Below are positions 25,690 through 40,379 of a DNA stretch of 64,000 nt, one piece after another. Under the pieces are notes generated by a model that did not search any database, had not been told where the DNA came from, and was given only the letters and a program-made list of their open reading frames with translations. The stretch covers positions 114,330,001 through 114,394,000 of the forward strand of contig NC_086108.1 in the NCBI RefSeq assembly GCF_963921235.1, given 5' to 3'. Origin of the DNA: Mobula hypostoma (lineage: Eukaryota). Numbering within the stretch: the first letter of the stretch is position 1; the number at the start of each line of letters is the position of its first letter. Both the position numbers and the translations under genes were made by a program.

Positions 25690-28600
25690 AAAGTAAAGTG
25701 AAAGGTCTGAAAGTAGATAAGTCACTTGGACCAGATGGTGTACACCTCAGAGTTCTGAATGAGGTGGTTGAGGAGATTGTGGAGGCATTAGTAATAATTT
25801 TTCAAGAATCATAAGATTCTGGAATGGTTCTGGAAGACTGGAAAATTGCAAATGTGACTTCTTTTTTCCAGAAGGAGGAGAGGCAGAAGGAATGCAACTA
25901 TAGGCCCGTTAGCGGTTGGGAAGCTGTTGGAGTCGATGAGTTTTCAGGGTACTTGGGGGCACATGATAAAATAGGCCATAGTCAGCAAAGTTTCCTGACA
26001 AATACGTTGGAATTCTTTGAAGAAATAACAATAAGGATAGACAAAGGAGAATCAGTTGATGGCAACACACATCAAAGTTGCTGGTGAACGCAGCAGGCCA
26101 GGCAGCATCTCTAGGAAGAGGTACAGTCGACGTTTCAGGCCGAGACCCTTCGTCAGGACTAACTGAAGGAAGAGCTAGTAAGAGATTTGAAAGTGGGAGG
26201 GGGAGGGGGAGATCCAAAATGATAGGAGAAGACAGGAGGGGGAGGGATGGAGTCAAGAGCTGGACAGGTGATTGGCAAAAGGGATATGAGAGGATCATGG
26301 AACAGGAGGCCCAGGGAGAAGGAAAAGGGGGAGGGGGGGGAACCCAGAGGATGGGCAAGGGGTATAGTGAGAGGGACGGAGGGAGAAAAAGGAGAGAGAG
26401 AAAAAGAATGTGTGTGTATATAAATAAATAAATAACGGATGGGGTACGAGGGGGAGGTGGGGCATTAGCGGAAGTTTGAGAAGTCACTGTTCATGCCATC
26501 AGGTTGGAGGCTACCCAGACGGAATATAAAGTGTTGTTCCTTCAATCTGAGTGTAGCTTCATCTTTACAGTAGAGGAGGCCGTGAATAGACATATCAGAA
26601 TGGGAATGGGATGTGGATTTAAATGTGTGGCCACTGGGAGATCCTGCTTTCTCTGGCGGACAGAGCGTAGGTGTTCAAAGAAACGATCTCCCAGTCTGTG
26701 TCGGGTCTCGCCAATATATAGAAGGCCACTTCGGGAGCACCAGACGCAGTACATCACCCCAGCCGACGCACAGGTGAAGTGTCGCCTCACCTGGAAGGAC
26801 TGTCTGGGGCCCTGAATGGTGGTGAGGGAGGAAGTGTAAGGGCATGTGTAGCACTTGTTCCGCTTACAAGGATAAGTGCCAGGAGGGAGATTGGTGGGGA
26901 GGGATGGGGGGGACGAATGGACAAGGGAGTCGCGTTGGGAGCAATCCCTGCAGAAGGCAGAGAGAGGCGGGGAGGGAAAGATGTGCTTAGTGGTGGGATC
27001 CCGTTGGAGGTGGCAGAAGTTACGGAGAATAATATGTTGGACCTGGAGGCTGGTGGGGTGGTAGGTGAGGACAAGGGGAACCCTATTCCTAGTGGGGTGG
27101 CGGGAGGATGGAGTGAGAGCAGATGTACGTGAAATGGGGGAGATGCGTTTAAGAGCAGAGTTGATAGTGGAGGAAGGGAAGCCCCTTTCTTTAAAAAAGG
27201 AAGACATCTTCTTCGTCCTGGAATAAAACGCCTCATCCTGAGAGCAGATGTGGCGGAGGCGGAGGAATTAAGAGAAGGGGATGGCATTTTTGCAAGAAAC
27301 AGGGTGAGAAGAGGAATAGTCCAGATATCTGTGAGAGTCAGTAGGCTTATAGTAGACATCAGTGGATAAGCTGTCTCCAGAGATGGAGACAGAAAGATCT
27401 AGAAAGGGGAAGGAGGTGTCGGAAACTGACCACGTAAACTTGAGGGCAGGGTGAAAGTTGGAGGCAAAGTTAATAAAGTCAACGAGTTCTGCATGCGTGC
27501 AGGAAGCAGCGCCAATGCAGTCGTCGATATAGCGAAGGAAAAGTGGGGGACAGATACCAGAATAGGCACGGAACATAGATTGTTCCACAAAGCCAACAAA
27601 AAGGCAGGCATAGCTAGGACCCATATGGGTGCCCACAGCTACACCTTTAGTTTGGAGGAAGTGGGAGGAGCCAAAGGAGAAATTATTAAGAGTAAGGACT
27701 AATTCCGCTAGACGGAGCAGAGTGGTGGTAGAGGGGAACTGATTAGGTCTGGAATCCAAAAAGAAGTGTAGAGCTTTGTGACCTTCCTGATGAGGGATGG
27801 AAGTATATAGGGACTGGACATCCATGGTGAAAATAAAGCGGTGGGGGCCAGGGAACTTAAAATCATCGAAACGTTTCCTCGTGTTTGAGAATCAGTTGAT
27901 GTTCTGTTCTCGGATTTTCAGGTCTTTGACAAAGTGCCACACGTTATCAACTAACTCCAAGCCCATGGGATTACAGGAAAGATTCTAGCATGGATAAAGC
28001 AGTGGCAGACTGGCAGGAGGAAAAGAGTGGGAATAAAGGGAGTCTTTTCTGGCTGGCTGCCGGTGAACAGTGGTGTTTCACAGGGGTGTATATTGGGACA
28101 GATTCTTTTAACCTTATATGTCAATGACTTGGATGATGGAATTGATGGCTTTGTTGAAAAGTTTGGAGGTGATATGAAGATAAGGTGGAGGGACAGGAAG
28201 TTTTGAGGAAGTAGAGAGGCTACAGAAGGACTTAAACAGATTAGGAGGATGGGCAAAGAAATGGCAGATGGAATAGTGTTGAGAAGTGTACGGTCATGCA
28301 CTTTGGTAGAAGAAATGAAAGGGTAGACTATTTTCTAAATGGAGAGAAAGTACAAAAATCTGAGATGGAAAGGGACTTGGGAGTCCTTGTGTAGGATTCC
28401 CTGAAGGTTAATTTGCAGGTGGAGTCAGTTGTGAGGAAGGCAAATGTGATGTTAGCACTTATTTCAATAGGACTAGAATTTCAAAGCAAGGATGTAATGT
28501 TGAAACGTTATAAAGCACTAGTGAGGCCTCACTTGGAGTATTATGAACAGTGTTGGGCCCGTTATCTTGGAAATGTGCTGAAACTGGATAGGGTTCAAAG

Positions 28601-29080
28601 GAAGTTCACGAAAAGGATTCCAGGATTAAACAGCTTGTCATATGAAGATCTGGGCCTGTATTCACCAGAATTTAGAAGAATGATGGATGATCAAATTGAA
28701 ACCTTTCGAATGGAGAAAGGCCTTGATTGAGTGGAAGGGGAAAAGATGTTTTCTATGGTGGGAGTGTCTAAGACCAGAGGACACAACATCAAAATAGGGG
28801 GGTGTCCTTTTAGAATGGAGATGAGGAGAAATTTCTTTAACCAGAGGGTGGTGAATCTGTGGAATTCATTGCCTCAGGCAGCTGTGGAGGCCAAGTCTTT
28901 ATGTATATTTAAGGCAGAGATTGATAGATTCTTGATTGGTCAGGGCATGAAGGATATGGGGGTGGGGGGAAGGCAGGAAATTGGAGCTGAAAGGAAAAAT
29001 GGATCAGCCATGATGAAATGTTGGAGCAGACTTGATGGGCCAAATGGCCTAATTCTGCTCCTATATCTTATGGTCTTATC
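25690..29080 (+). mobile_element. Degraded CR1 LINE interrupted by Penelope
   Basis: DKSLGPDGVHLRVL, EDWKIANV, RPHLEYY; continues across 26062-27886. Confidence 0.9.
26062..27886 (-). mobile_element. Penelope-like retroelement (RT plus GIY-YIG), 5'-truncated, 15-bp TSD
   Basis: MDVQSLYTSIPH, QTKGVAVGTHMGPSYA, FLRYIDD, LLYIGETRHRLGDRFFEHL; GAGAATCAGTTGATG at 26047-26061 and 27887-27901. Confidence 0.95.
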
Positions 29081-29957
29081 TGGCTGTACATATACGCAAC
29101 CAAATGAAACAATATTCCTCCAGATCACAAAGCATATATCATACACAGCACATAACACAAACATTACCAAATAAAATATACAGTAATTCAAAATACAAGC
29201 AGTGCACAGCACAAGTGACCAGTGACCAGCTCACTGTCCTGGTGGCAGGGGATTCATTAGTCTCACTGTGTGAGGGAAGGAGTCCGAGACCTGGTGCTCC
29301 TGTACCTCCGTCCTGATGTTTGGGTTTCTGATGGAAAGGGATGCAGGTACATCTTTATTCCTTCCTTCCCACCACCTCCTTTTATTTTTCCCCTTTTCTT
29401 TCTGGTCGCGATGAAGGGTCTAGTTGGACCCGACTGTTCAATTGTCAGTTTCTTTGCAGTTTAACAATTAATTATTTGCTTGCATTTTAAGTAGCATTTA
29501 TCTATATCACAGTTTAATAAGCCTCCAGTGGCTATACGAAGTAAAATTTGGGAAGCTTCTTTGTTCTTCTATAAGTGAAGAAGTATTTTCTCATTGGTTA
29601 ATTTTCTTGCAGTCTTGAATAAATATTTTATAATTGGGTTATTGTTATTTCTGGAATTCCCTATCTTTGGGTGTAAAAGTAGCTGTTTTATGCTGGGCTA
29701 TTTCTAGATCCTTTCTTCAACCCTGTCACTGTTCTCCTTGTTCTTCCAACTCTCAATAAAATGATGGTGAAGCAGCAAGTTTAATGTCTCATTCCTGCCT
29801 TCTAAAAGACCATTGATTTAAACACCAGAATTCAACAGTCCTTACCTGAAACGGTGACAATTTACTCACTGCCGTAGAAGCTGCCCGACCTGTTGAGTTC
29901 CTCCAGCATTTTGTGTACATTGTTCAAAGCTGACTGGTGTTTTATTCTCCCCTCCAG

Positions 29958-30061
29958 GAGCACAGAACAAGTTCGCCAGGTTCCTGTTGTGCTGTCTCAA
30001 GTGTTGCTTCTGGTGTTTAGAAAAATTCATCAAATTTCTGAACAGGAATGCTTACATAATG
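29958..30061 (+). CDS. SLC44A5: SLC44A5-like exon 7
   Basis: ctccag|GA...ATG|gtgagt; [35 protein letters not shown]; 104 nt. Confidence 0.95.
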
Positions 30062-30169
30062 GTGAGTCAGCTGCCGAAGTGTGCAACAGTTATATAGTCC
30101 ACCTGAGCAGCAGTGACCACACCACCTCACTACTTACAACTTCAATACAGGGGCAGTATTAAAGGAGCG

Positions 30170-32260
30170 TCACACTGTGGGAGGGGTGGTACTGAGGGAG
30201 GGTCACACTGTGGGAGGGGTGGTACTGAGGGAGAGTCACACTGTGGGAGGGGTGGTACTGAGGGAGGGTCACTCTGTGGGAGGGGTGGTACTGAGGGAGG
30301 GTCACACTGTGGGAGGGGTGGTACTGAGGGAGGGTCACACTGTGGGAGGGGTGGTACTGAGGGAGGGGATGCTGTGGGAGGGGTGGTACTGAGGGAGAGT
30401 CACACTTTGGGAGGGGTGGTACTGAGGGAGAGTCACACTTTGGGAGGGGTGGTACTGAGGGAGGGTCACACTGTGGGAGGAGCGGTACTGAGGGAGGGTC
30501 ACTCTGTGGGAGGGGTGGTACTGAGGGAGGGTCACACTGTGGGAGGGGTGGTACTGAGGGAGGGTCACACTGTGGGAGGGGTGGTACTGAGGGAGAGTCA
30601 CACTTTGGGAGGGGCGGTACTGAGGGAGGGTCACACTGTGGGAGGAGCGGTACTGAGGGAGGGTCACTCTGTGGGAGGGGTGGTACTGACGGAGGGTCAC
30701 ACTGTGGGAGGGGTGGTACTGAGGAAGGGTCACACTGTGGGAGGGGTGGTACTGAGGGAGGGTCACACTGTGGGAGGGGTGGTACTGAGGGAGGGTCACA
30801 CTGTGGGAGGGGTGGTACTGAGGGAGGGTCACTCTGTGGGAGGGGTGGTACTGAGGGAGGGTCACACTGTGGGAGGGATGGTGCTGAGGGAGGGTCACAC
30901 TGTGGGAGGGGTGGTACTGAGGGAGGGTCACACTGTGGGAGGGGTGGTACTGAGGGAGGGTCACACTGTGGGAGGGGTGGTACTGAGGGAGAGTCACACT
31001 TTGGGAGGGGCGGTACTGAGGGAGGGTCACACTGTGGGAGGAGCGGTACTGAGGGAGGGTCACTCTGTGGGAGGGGTGGTACTGACGGAGGGTCACACTG
31101 TGGGAGGGGTGGTACTGAGGAAGGGTCACACTGTGGGAGGGGTGGTACTGAGGGAGGGTCACACTGTGGGAGGGGTGGTACTGAGGGAGGGTCACACTGT
31201 GGGAGGGGTGGTACTGAGGGAGGGTCACTCTGTGGGAGGGGTGGTACTGAGGGAGGGTCACACTGTGGGAGGGATGGTGCTGAGGGAGGGTCACACTGTG
31301 GGAGGGTGGTACTGAGGGAGGGTCACACTGTGGGAGGGCCAGGCCTGAGGGAGGGTCACTCTGTGGGAGGGGTGGTACTGAGGGAGGGTCACACTGTGGG
31401 AGGGGTGGTACTGAGGGAGGGTCACTCTGTGGGAGGGGTGGTACTGAGGGAGGGTCACACCGTGGGAGGGGTGGTACTGAGGGAGGGTCACACTGTGGGA
31501 GGGGTGGTACTGAGGGAGGGTCACACTGTGGGAGGGCCAGGCCTGAGGGAGGGTCACTCTGTGGGAGGGGTGGTACTGAGGGAGGGTCACACTGTGGGAG
31601 GGGTGGTACTGAGGGAGGGTCACTCTGTGGGAGGGGTGGTACTGAGGGAGGGTCACACCGTGGGAGGGGTGGTACTGAGGGAGGGTCACACCGTGGGAGG
31701 GGTGGTACTGAGGGAGGGTCACACCGTGGGAGGGGTGGTACTGAAGGAGGGTCACACCGTGGGAGGGGTGGTACTGAGGGAGGGTCACACTGTGGGAGGG
31801 GTGGTACTGAGGGAGGGTCACACTGTGGGAGGGGTGGTACTGAGGGAGGGTCACACCGTGGGAGGGGTGGTACTGAGGGAGGGTCACATCGTGGGAGGGG
31901 TGTTGCTGAGGGAGGGTCACACCGTGGGAGGGGTGGTGCTGAGGGAGGGTCACACTGTGGGAGGGGTGGTACTGAGGGAGGGTCACTCTGTGGGAGGGGT
32001 GGTGCTGAGGGAGGGTCACACCATGGGAGGGGTGGTGCTGAGGGAGGGTCACACTATGGGAGGGGTGGTACCGAGGGAGGGTCACACTGTGGGAGGGGTG
32101 GTGCTGAGGGAGGGTCACACCGTGGGAGGGGTGGTACTGAGGGAGGGTCACACCGTGGGAGGGGTGGTGCTGAGGGAGGGTCACACTGTGGGAGGGGTGG
32201 TGCTGAGGGAGGGTCACACCGTGGGAGGGGTGGTGCTGAGGGAGGGTCACACCGTGGGAG
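30170..32260. repeat. 33-bp G-rich minisatellite, about 63 copies
   Basis: Unit GTCACACTGTGGGAGGGGTGGTACTGAGGGAGG. Confidence 0.97.
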
Positions 32261-32637
32261 TAGCTAAATTTGTAAAGTCTTCATAGGACAGTACAGTAAT
32301 GCAGTGCATAGTGCCGCTGCCTCATGACCCGTGATCCCAACTGTCTGTGTGGAGTTTGCACGTTCTCCCCGTGACCACGTGGGTTTTTTCCCCAGTGTTC
32401 TGGTTCCCTCCCACATCTCAAAGATGTGCAGATTAGTGGTTTAAATCTCTGCTGTATGTTGTCCCCAGTGTGTGGGTGAGGGATGGAATCTGGGCGGATT
32501 TGATGAGAGTGTGGGGAGAATGAAATGGGATCAGTGTAGGATTGGTGTCAATGGGTGGTTTATTGTTGGTATGGCCTCGATGGGCTGAAAGGCCTCTTCA
32601 CTGCGACGTATATCTCTGTCACTGTTCTTTCTTACAG

Positions 32638-32711
32638 ATTGCCATCTATGGTAAAAACTTCTGCACATCGGCGAAGGAAGCTTTCTTTCTCCTGATGAGG
32701 AACGTTGTGAG
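32638..32711 (+). CDS. SLC44A5: SLC44A5-like exon 8
   Basis: ttacag|ATT...GTGAG|gtgagg; IAIYGKNFCTSAKEAFFLLMRNVVR; 74 nt. Confidence 0.95.
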
Positions 32712-33054
32712 GTGAGGGGAAGACGGTCCCACCCTTCCTGCCCACGGGCAACGCCATTCCCGACCTGGCAACCAAAAGGCATTTCTCATCGGGGCCCGTC
32801 AACATGCTGGGACCCTTCGGATGGGGAAGGGGCGGCTGGGGCCAGTTCGGGAACGCAGGCAGAGCAAGGTTTTGGTGGGAGGTTGTGGAAATATTTCCCT
32901 ACACAGTGAGTCCGGAGCATAATTGTAGAACATTCAGAGCACAGAATAGTACAACAGAGGAACAGGAACAGAGCGCAGAATAGTACAACACAGGAACAGA
33001 GCCTTCAGCTCACAACGCTGTGCTGGGCCAATGAAATGTTTAACTAACCTTTCT

Positions 33055-35205
33055 GCATCTCTGTTTTGAAAGGGCGCCCCTCTATCCTGAGGCTGTGCCC
33101 TATTGTCCTAGACTCTCCCACCATGCGACACATCCTTTCCAAATCTACACTGTCTAGCCCTTTCAACATTTGAAAGATTTCAATGAGATCCCGCCCCCCG
33201 CATCCTTCTGAATTCCAGGGAGTACAGACCCAGAGCTGTCAAACGCTCCTCATATGATCATCCTTTCATTCCTCGAATCATCCTTGTGAACCTCCTCTGG
33301 AACCTTTCCAATGCCAGCACATCTTTTAAGAACATAAGAAATAGGAGCAGGAGTCGGCCATCCGGCCCATCGAGCCTGCCCCGCCATTCAACAAGATCAT
33401 GGCTGATCTGTCCGTAAACTCAGCTCCATCTACCTGCCTTTTCCCCATAACCCTTAATTCCCTTACTATATAAAAATCCTATCTAATTGTATCTTAAATA
33501 TATTTAGTGAAGAAGCCTCAACTGCTTCCCTGGGCAGAGAATTCCACAGATTCACCACTCTCTGGGGGGAAAACAGTTTCTCCTCATCTCCGTCCTAAAT
33601 CTTCTCCCCTGAATCTTGAGGCAATGTCCCCTAGTTCTAGTTTCACCTACCAATGGAAACAACTTTCCTACTTCTATCTTATCTATCCCTTTCAAAATTT
33701 TGTATGTTTCTATAAGATCCCCTCTCATTCTCCTGAATTCCAGAGAGCATAGTCCCAGGTGACTCAATTTCTCCTCATAGGTTAACCCCTTCGTCCCTGG
33801 AATCAACCTGGTGAACCTCCTCTGCACTGCCTCCAAAGCCAGTATATCCTTCCTCAAGTATGGAGACCAGAACTGCACAGAGTACTCCAGGTGCGGCCTC
33901 ACCAGTACTCTATATAGTTTCTAAGATGAGGGGCCCAAAACAGTTCACAATACGCAAGGTGAGGCCTCACCAGTGCCTTATAAAGCCTCAGCATCACATC
34001 CCTGCTCTTGTATTCTAGACCTCTTGAAATGAATGCTAAAATGGCATTTGCCTTTCTCACCACCAGCTCAACCTGCAAGTTAACCTTCAGAGTGTTCTAC
34101 ACAAGGACTCCCAAGTCCCTTTGCATCTCAGATCTTCGGATTTTCTCCCAATTGGAAAATAGTCCACACATTTATTTCTACTACCAAAGTGCATGACCAT
34201 GCAAATTCCAACATTGTATTTCATTTGCCACTTTCTTGCCCATTCTCCTCAACTATCTAAATCCTTCTGCAGCTTATCTGTTTTCTCAACACCACCTGCC
34301 CCTCCACCAATCCTCGTATCATCTGTAATCTTGGCAACAAAGCCATCTATTCCATCATCTAAATCATTGATATACAGCATAAAAAGAAGTGGTCCCAACA
34401 CTGACCTCTGTGGAATACCACTAGTCACTGGCAGCCAACCAGAAAATGATCCTTTTATTCCCACTCGCTGCCTCCTACCAATCAGCCAATGCTCTAATCA
34501 TGCCAGTAACTTTCCTGTAATACCATGGGTTCTTAACTTGGTAAGCAGCCTCGTGTGTGGCACCTTGTCAAAGGCCTTCTGAAAGTCCAAATATACATTA
34601 TCCACTGCGTCCCCTTTATCAATCCTACTTGTAATCTCAAAGAATTCCAACAGGTTCATCAGGCAGGACTTTCCCTGAAGGAAACCAGGCTGACTTTGTC
34701 CTATCTTGTCCTGTGTTACCAAGTACTCCATAACCTCATCCTTAACAATTGACTCCAACATCTTCCCAATCACTGAGATCAGGCTAACTGGTCTGTAATT
34801 TCCCTTCTGCTGCCTTCCTTCTTTCATAAAGAGTGGGGTAACAGAACTCCTCTCTCATACCACTTCAATTTCCCTTACTCCACTGAAATACTACTGCGTC
34901 AGACTTTACTTTCTCCCTATTAAATTTCAAGTTGAATACAATCATATTGTGACCACTGGCTCCTAAGGGTTCTTTTCCCTTAAGCTCCCTATTCGCCTGC
35001 AGTTCAATATGTAGTACCTAATTCAGTATAGCTGCTCCCCTTGTAGGCTCAACGACAAACTGCTCTAAAAAGCCATCTCTTGTGCATTCAACATACTCAC
35101 TCTCTTGAGATCCATTACCAACCTGATTTTCCCAATTGACTTGCATGTTAAAATCTCCCATGACTATCGTAGCATTGCTCCTTTGACTTGCCTTTTCTAT
35201 TTCCT
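33055..35205 (-). mobile_element. CR1 LINE with a younger CR1 nested at about 33330-33920
   Basis: RPHLEYSVQFWSP, NYRPVSLISV, YLDFQKAFDKVPH on minus. Confidence 0.9.
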
Positions 35206-35209
35206 GTTG

Positions 35210-36290
35210 GAGAGGGTGTTCTGGAGAAGATGGGGGACATTGTGGAGATAAGATGGGGAAGGTGTTGTCGATATAAGATAAATCAGCATTGTGGAGATAA
35301 GATGGAGGGGATGTTGTGGAGATAAGATGAAAAGGGTGTTGTGAAGCTAAGATGGGGAGGGTGTTGTGGAGATGAGATGGGGAGGGTTTTGTGGAGATGA
35401 GATAGGGAGGGTGTTGTGGAGATGAGATGGGCAGGGTGTTGTGGAGATGAGATGGGGAGGGTGTTGTGAAGATGAGATGGGGAGGATGTAGTGGAGATGA
35501 GATGGGGAGGATGTAGTGGAGATGAGATGGGGAGGGTGTTGTGGAGATGAGATGGTGAGGGTTTTGTGGAGATGAGATAGGGAGGGTGTTGTGGAGATGA
35601 GATGGGCAGGGTGTTGTGGAGATGAGATGGGGAGGGTTTTGTGGAGATGAGATAGGGAGGGTGTTGTGGAGATGAGATGGGCAGGGTGTTGTGGAGATGA
35701 GATGGGCAGGGTGTTGTGGAGATGAGATGGGGAGGGTGTGGTGGAGATGAGATGGGGAGGGTGTTGTGAAGATGAGATGGGGAGGATGTAGTGGAGATGA
35801 GATGGGGAGGGTGTTGTGGAGATGAGATGGTGAGGGTTTTGTGGAGATGAGATAGGGAGGGTGTTGTGGAGATGAGATGGGCAGGGTGTTGTGGAGATGA
35901 GATGGGGAGGGTTTTGTGAAGATGAGATAGGGAGGGTGTTGTGGAGATGAGATGGGCAGGGTGTTGTGGAGATGAGATGGGCAGGGTGTTGTGGAGATGA
36001 GATGGGGAGGGTGTTGTGGAGATGAGATGGGGAGGGTGTGGTGGAGATGAGATGGAGAGGGTGTGGTGGAGATGAGATGGAGAAGGTGTTGTGGAGATGA
36101 GATGGAGAGGGTGTTGTGGAGATGAGATGGAGAGAGTGTTGTGGAGATGAGATGAGGAGGGTATTGTGGAGATGAGATGGGGAAGGTGTTGTGGAGATGA
36201 GATGGGGAAGGTGTTGTGGAGATGAGATGGAGAGGGTGTTGTGGAGATGGGGAGGGTGTTGTGGAGATGAGACGGGGAGTGTGTTGTGCA
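35210..36290. repeat. 25-bp minisatellite, about 40 copies
   Basis: Unit GATGAGATGGGGAGGGTGTTGTGGA. Confidence 0.96.
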
Positions 36291-36540
36291 GAGGTGGTAC
36301 AGGGATCAGGTGAGCATTCAGTACAGAGTAGAGGGGCTGAAGGGCATGTGTGACATACATGTGTTGTGCTGCTATCACCTGAAGAACGAGAGGGGATCTT
36401 ACAGTAACATATACAATTATGAAGGTGAGATAGACACAGGAAAGTTGTTTCTATTGGGTTGTGAGACTAGAATCAGGGGGCATAGCCTCATGATTTGGGG
36501 GAACAGATTTCAGTTGAGGAGCAGTTTCCTTTCTCTGAGA

Positions 36541-37665
36541 AACTCTCACAACACGCTGGAGGAACTCAGCAGGTCGGGCAGCATCCGTGGAAACCATCAG
36601 TCAACGTTTCGGGCCAGAACCCTTTGTCAGAACAGTAGAGGGAAGGGGCAGAGGCCCTATAAAGAAGGTGGGGGGAGGGTGGGAAGGAGAAGGCTGGTAG
36701 GTTCAGTTGAAAAACCAGTGAGGGGAAAGATAAAGGGGTGGGGGAGGGAAGCAGGGAGGGGATAGGCAGGAAAGGTGAAGAAGGAATAGGGGAAAACACA
36801 ATGGGTAGTAGAAGGAGGCGGAACCATGAGGGAGGTGATAGGCAGCTGGGGGAGGGGGCAGAGTGAAATAGGGATAGGGGAAGGGAGGGGGAGTGAATTA
36901 CCACAAGTTGGAGAATTCTATGTTCATACCAAGGGGCTGGAGACTACCTAGACGGTAGATGAGGTGTTGCTCCTCCAACCTGAGTTTAGCCTCATCATGG
37001 CAGTAGAGGAGGCCATGTATGAACATATCCGAATGGGAATGGGAAGCAGAGTTGAAGTGGGTGGCTACCGGGAGATCCTGTCTGTTGTGGCGGACGGAGC
37101 GGAGGTGCTCGACGAAGCCGCCCCCCAATCTGCGTCGGGTCTCACCGATGTAGAGGAGGCCGCACCGGGAGCACCAGATGCAATAGATGACCTGGAGGGA
37201 CGTGTGGATCAGGGATTCGCAGAGGGAACGATCCCTGCGGAAAGCGGAGAGGGGTGGAGAGGGAAAGATGTGCTTAGTGGTGGGGTCCTGTTGAAGGTGG
37301 CAGAAGTTGCGGAGGATAATGTGCTGGATCCGGAGGCTGGTGGGGTGCTAGGTGAAGCAAGTGGAACTCTGTCCCTGTTGTGGTGGTGGGAGGATGGGGT
37401 GAGGGCTGAAGTGCGGGAAATGGAGATGTGGGTGAGGGCATCACTGATGATGGCAGAAGGGAAACCACAATCCTTAAAGAAAGAGGACATTTGAGATATC
37501 CTGGAACGGAAAGCCTCATCCTGAGAGCAGCTGCGGCGGAGGCGGAGGAACTGGGAATAGGGAATGGCATTTTTGCATGCATCCACAGATGCTGCCCGAC
37601 CTGCTGAGTTCCTCCAGCGTGTTGTGAGTGTTGCTTTGACCCCAGCATCTGCAGAGTATTTTGTG
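36541..37665 (-). mobile_element. Penelope-like element with inverted terminal repeat, inside a CR1 3' end
   Basis: EHLRSVRHNRQDLPVATHFN, NAIPYSQFLRLRR; ends are reverse complements; imperfect TSD TTTCCTTTCTCTGAGA / TTTCCTTTCCCAGAGA. Confidence 0.88.
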
Positions 37666-37809
37666 TTTCCTTTCCCAGAGAGTAGTGAATCGGTGGGATT
37701 CCCTGGGAAGCAGTATGGGTTACCTCATTAAATACAGTACACAAGGTACAGTTCGATAGATGTTTGCATTGCAGGGGGATTAAGAGTAATAGGGAAATAG
37801 CAGGCTGAA

Positions 37810-39840
<2,031 letters not shown>

Positions 39841-40379
39841 CTTCAATCTGCTTACTGTGAGCTGAGTCCACAGCCAAATCAGTCATGATCTTGTTGAATG
39901 GTAGAGAAGGTTTGACAGGCCAAATGGCCTACTCTTGCTTCTGATCTTCTTAACTACAGTTAGGTTACCTTAGGATCACAGAGTGGTACAGCACAGAAAC
40001 AGGCCCTTCAGCCCGTCTTGTTCATGCTGAATAATTTTGCCTGTCCACACTAATCCCATTTACATGCATCGGACTAGTCAGGATGAGGTTCTACCTGCCG
40101 ACACTCCACCCAGAGTACCATCTGATCTTTGTCCTGCTGTAGCCTCAGTCAATCTTTCTGGCTGTCCACCACTCCACCAACTCTGGGGCCATCACACTCA
40201 TAACTCTCTCATTCACATCCACCTGTCTTCTATATAGAGAGTCATAGGGCAGTATAAAACAGATTTGGCCCAACGAGTCCAAGTTGACTACAATGTTCAC
40301 CCAACTAGTCCCAGCTCCCTACATTTGGCCCATATCCCTCCAAGCCCCGCCCTTCCATTTACCTCCATCTACCTTCAAT

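Noticed and set aside
24562..25725. Three overlapping Pro-rich ORFs of about 350-390 aa on minus
   Set aside because: Artefact of the 53-bp repeat.
30113..32286. Long ORFs of 319-400 aa (GGVVLREGHTV / HPSHSVTLPQY repeats)
   Set aside because: Stop-free frames of a 33-bp intronic minisatellite; no splice or homology support.
35347..36378. 343-aa His/Ser/Pro-rich ORF
   Set aside because: 25-bp tandem repeat.
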